A DNA stretch of 64,000 bases, from positions 183,706,001 through 183,770,000 of the forward strand of contig NC_042997.1 in NCBI RefSeq assembly GCF_006345805.1, given 5' to 3'. Below are positions 60,030 to 64,000 of the stretch, one piece after another (the stretch's first letter is position 1; each line of letters starts with the position of its first letter). The notes under the pieces were generated by a model. That model was not told the DNA's origin and searched no databases. It was given only the letters and a program-made list of their open reading frames with translations. The position numbers and the translations under genes were made by a program. Source of the stretch: Octopus sinensis. Its lineage: Eukaryota.

Positions 60030-60249
60030 CCTTTTAGTTACTGTATTTATCTTGAGTTGCTCTCTCTTTCTTTCAATTACTTTAAATATAACAAAGGATT
60101 TAGTAAAATAACTTAGTCGTCATTCAGCTGGTGTTAGGAACATAAATTGTGACTAAGGTTTGGTGGAAGATTTTAATTCAAAACTTATGAAAACAAGACA
60201 TTTGTACTCGGAGCCAGAGCCGGTTTCAACCGAGTTGGTAACAAAAGGG
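60030..60249. mobile_element. piggyBac-like MITE (TTAA-flanked), copy of 16314..16514
   Basis: ttaa|ccttt ... aaaaggg|ttaa; collinear interior. Confidence 0.85.
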
Positions 60250-61897
60250 TTAAGCTTATATTTGGAGAATAAGTTAACATGAAATTTTGATGGATGGCTA
60301 TATGATCCAAAATCAAGACGTTGGTATCAAAAAACCAGAAATTCTCTCAGGTAGTTTAATATCAAATGGGTTAAATTAGTGAAGCTATTCCTAGTGCATT
60401 GAGAATATTAGTAGAGTAAGTTCAACTATCTGAACAGGTCAAAAATTTGACTTCTTGGTTGTCCAGGCTATCTTCAAGAACCAGTTTGTCAAAAATCCTG
60501 CTTTTGTGAAATTATAATTTACATTGATTACACACCAACAGTTTGTAGAGAAATATATACATATAAATGTGGCTAGATTCAAAATTAGGATTTTCATTGA
60601 TTTGAAAATCCAACTATTATTACTTGGAACTAAAACTTCCTATTCAGGTATTTAATCTGAGAATAGGATGTCTGTTAATTATACAAGAGAGTAAATAATT
60701 TGTTGACAAATGATTTCCTTCCCTACATTTTTATCAACTATTTATATCTTAAGTATGAGATCTATTTAATCATTTACGTAGATATGCTTATTTTGCAGAT
60801 AAAAATTGATTTAAGGATTTCTCATGACAAAATTCAAAAACAAAAACAATTATACTCTCATCACTTATGGATTAATGCTATCAACTTCTCAGATGACCAT
60901 TTATAATGCAGAATAAAATTGAGTCTTCCTTTAAAAAAAAATAATAAATAAAAGATCATTACCCAGAGATGTTTGTCCTCATAGCATTAAAGTTTTTAAA
61001 ACTAGCTTTTGTGTTCTTGGTTTACTTACTGGATACTGTAGGAGAATTAGTATTTTACAGTAACATCAATTAAAGATTCAATCTCAGTTCTAAACTTACA
61101 TTATCCTGGAGATAAAACACTATACCAGGAGCATATTATTTATAGTTAATACTGTTTTAATGGGTGTCCATATTTTTTCTTGCTGCCCTTATTTTTATAT
61201 AAAATTTTGTATCTATCTAAATTGTGTTATATGTTACATTTATATTTCTAAATTAAAACCCTTGATATTTGCTTAGAGTTGATGAAATATTTACTTGGAA
61301 CATTGGTAGTTTCACAATGTCAACTCATCATCCAAAATAATGTAGTAATACTAGTTTTTTAGGTTACAAAAATATCCCAAGGAAATATGGTTTGGGTTTG
61401 TATCAGCAAAAACTTTACATAATGTATGATTCTTGAGTATGTTGTGGAGAGAACTAACTTGCCTACGATATGTTTAAACCAAGATTTCAATTACTGCTTT
61501 GATCCATAGTTTAGATTGTTCAGCTATTGTCAAATTGATTTCTTTTCAGCAAATATACTGTGAAGACTATGTCAAAAGTTGTTTCATGTTCTCTCAAGAT
61601 TTGCAAGTGTTTTGTGTATCTTGCAGTACTGGCAGTTTTAGTAAAATCTTCATTACAATTAATCCTAATCAAATATAAAAATACAGCAACATGTCAAAAT
61701 GTCATTGTTAAGGCCCAGGTTATGTTCCTCCAAGCAGACCTAAGACATATTCTGTCAGTCGTGCATAAAAGTGTGATCTGCAGATCGTAACAGTATTACT
61801 AGCAGGCCATACAAGCACCTAGCTGTTTGCTCATAATGGTTGGGCTGTTTTTAGTTTAATCTAGTTCAATTTCGATCAAGCAAAATACATTAATGTA

Positions 61898-62033
61898 GTC
61901 TGGGGAGAGTCATTTTCTTTTTGTGCCTTATAATTTAACACTCACCAGTAAAATTTTTACTTTATTAAGTGGAAATTTTACCGGTGAGTGTGTTAAATTA
62001 TAAGGCACAAAAAGAAAATGACTCTCCCCAGAC
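61898..62033. mobile_element. 136-bp palindromic MITE-like element
   Basis: Arms gtctggggagagtcattttc...ggtaaaattt are reverse complements over ~60 bp. Confidence 0.8.
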
Positions 62034-64000
62034 ACAGAATATGTTTCAACACACGAACTCACATAAAGAATCTTGCAAACCAGATCCAAAAACGAAACAA
62101 TGTAGTCATTCCGTCTTTTAGGAATATCACTAAGACCAGAAAATATTTCCGTCCTCTCCTTTTAAGACAACAGGGTATTGCTTTGGAGTAAGGTTTGGCT
62201 GTTATTTCTTGGGCTGTAACGTAATGGTTCCTTCGTTGGTATATGCTATTTTTTTATATATATTTCTTTGGGGTCAGTTTTGTATGAGCTGATGGACGTT
62301 AGGATTAACTAGAGAATGGAGAGAAAGCGTGTTGGTGATGTCATGATTGTAAGCATTTGAAAAAGCTGTGATGTTAACATAAAGTCTGTATAACCTTGTT
62401 CTATATTTAGTTCTTGTGTTCAATATGTGACGTAAACTATTAAAATACAATCATAAATCGAAGGGAAGTTACTCCTACTACTATCGATTCTTTTATATAC
62501 TTCATTTAGTGAACTACATACATATAGTCAGAATTTCGTGATCTATTTAACGTATTTGTGAAACAATGTAACTTCCTTTCTTATGTACATTTTAACTGTC
62601 AATTTTTCGGTTTTCCCATATCTATCCTTATTTGATTTATTAAACCTTAATGAGCAATTTAATCATTCAAACTTATGGAATTGAAGGAAGCAAAATTAAA
62701 AATGAACTTAGTAAAACTTCTAATTTACAAGTACATGAAGATAAATTATTTTTAGTTGTGTTAAATTTAGCACACAAAAATGAAAACGATTTTTATATAG
62801 AATTCATGTCAAATTTGTGCTCCATTTTCTAGAGAAGGTCGATTAGAAAAATGTAAGGTTGTACTTTCGAAGTATCTAGATTGGCATGTATTAATAATCT
62901 ATATTTCTTACATAGTCGAAGTAATCAAACGTTAAAAACAATTTTTTAAAATATCAGTTACTGTATTGATTTCAAATTAGACAATCAGGACATATATTCA
63001 TGTCTTAATCTGCGCAATGGACGGGCCTGCACGAATAGAAGCCAAAACTCCTTCATCACATTCCCTCTTCTTTAAAAAAAATGGACACTGAATAAAATAC
63101 TCTTAAATACAGTGTCTCGCCCCTTTCTCCGTGTGTTTTGCTTTTATAGAGACATCGACGATCATAACCTCCAAGCCAAAGTCTGAAGGTTCACGACTAA
63201 ATAGCAAATGCTTTTCTTGTGAGATTTTGACATTATTTAAAAAAGGTCATCTTTGATTACTTTCTTAACCGAAACTTTTTGAATGTAGTTTATGGGCTTT
63301 TGGCCAGTCATATCTGAATCATACTGAAGCTATCGTTTGAAAAACACGCGGTATGTATTAACATATGCTATAGACAGAAGAACTATTGATTGTCATTGTA
63401 CGTATGAAATACTCTTAAACAATCTCAGAAACCATTGCCACGGAGTTTTTAGAGGTTGGGTTACTGGTAATGATGGACAACACTTCGTTAACAACAGAAA
63501 CTCTATTCACTGCAAAAAGAATTTTCCATATTGATCTGTGAATGAAGAATACAAATAATTTATATACAAAGGAATAGATACACTCAGCAGTTATGACGAT
63601 AGATGATTAGTGTAGCTCCGAGACTACATTGTCAGGATTGGATAAAAATTATGCTAAATTTATGACAGCAAATCTGTGGCTGCCAGCTATTCGGCTGAAA
63701 TTAGTTATTAAAACTATATGCAAATGGTTGGAGGATGAAAATATGAGTGCGAAGTTCGGGAAACGACTGTTTTTCCTTCTGTATCTGCAAAGGGTAGTGG
63801 ATAACATGAGAATTGAGCTGCCACTGCAAAAGGATCGACATTCTCTGGCGAGAGTTGCGGCGCATCTCACCCGGCCGCAAAATTTTTTTTCCCCACGATA
63901 GTTCCGGACCCCAGTAATGAACTCATTTGCATACAGTCCAACAAAACATTCGGGAATGTGTTAAAAACAACCAATCTCGGATCTTTTCCTTTTGATCGGT

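Noticed and set aside
63629-63901. 90-aa ORF near the window end
   Set aside because: No ATG-led start (alternative initiator), no recognisable domain and no splice support.
63717-63933. RNase P/MRP RNA (gaagttcgg ... tgaact could form a P4-like pair)
   Set aside because: There is too little room for P2/P3, the total length is too short, and CR-I and CR-V match poorly.
63979-64000. Third copy of the 404-bp MITE
   Set aside because: Only 22 nt are visible and they diverge from the TIR after ggatcttttc; cannot be supported within this window.

Overview
Eukaryotic, AT-rich, repeat-dense genomic DNA. The SINE, RTE and Dong repeat families look like those of coleoid cephalopods (Octopus-like); this is recognition from memory, not a database result. 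Two spliced housekeeping genes sit head-to-head around a CpG-retaining promoter at ~38.0-38.25 kb. MRPS24 (mitoribosomal uS3m) is on the minus strand: two firm coding exons plus an uncertain first exon. SAR1 (COPII GTPase) is on the plus strand: six coding exons, 193 aa, all splice phases consistent. The rest is mostly transposon-derived: several tRNA-headed SINE families, many 5'-truncated RTE LINE tails, R4/Dong-type RLE-LINE relics in (TAA)n arrays, and mariner, hAT, piggyBac-like and other MITEs. SAR1 coding intron 2 carries a near-complete sense-strand RTE LINE with only two visible lesions. Main leads: (1) a canonical C4HC3 PHD finger inserted inside that LINE's reverse transcriptase, also present in a second copy; (2) splice acceptors that would fuse SAR1 exon 2 in frame to the ATG-less LINE ORF; (3) a tRNA-headed element whose tail carries a minimal hammerhead ribozyme fold, plus a second hammerhead-like relic; (4) a 64-nt near-perfect hairpin and inverted LINE tails bracketing SAR1 exons 4-5. 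Repeat coordinates were read by eye and are approximate to about 10-20 nt. No prokaryotic features, CRISPR arrays, rRNA or true tRNA genes were found.
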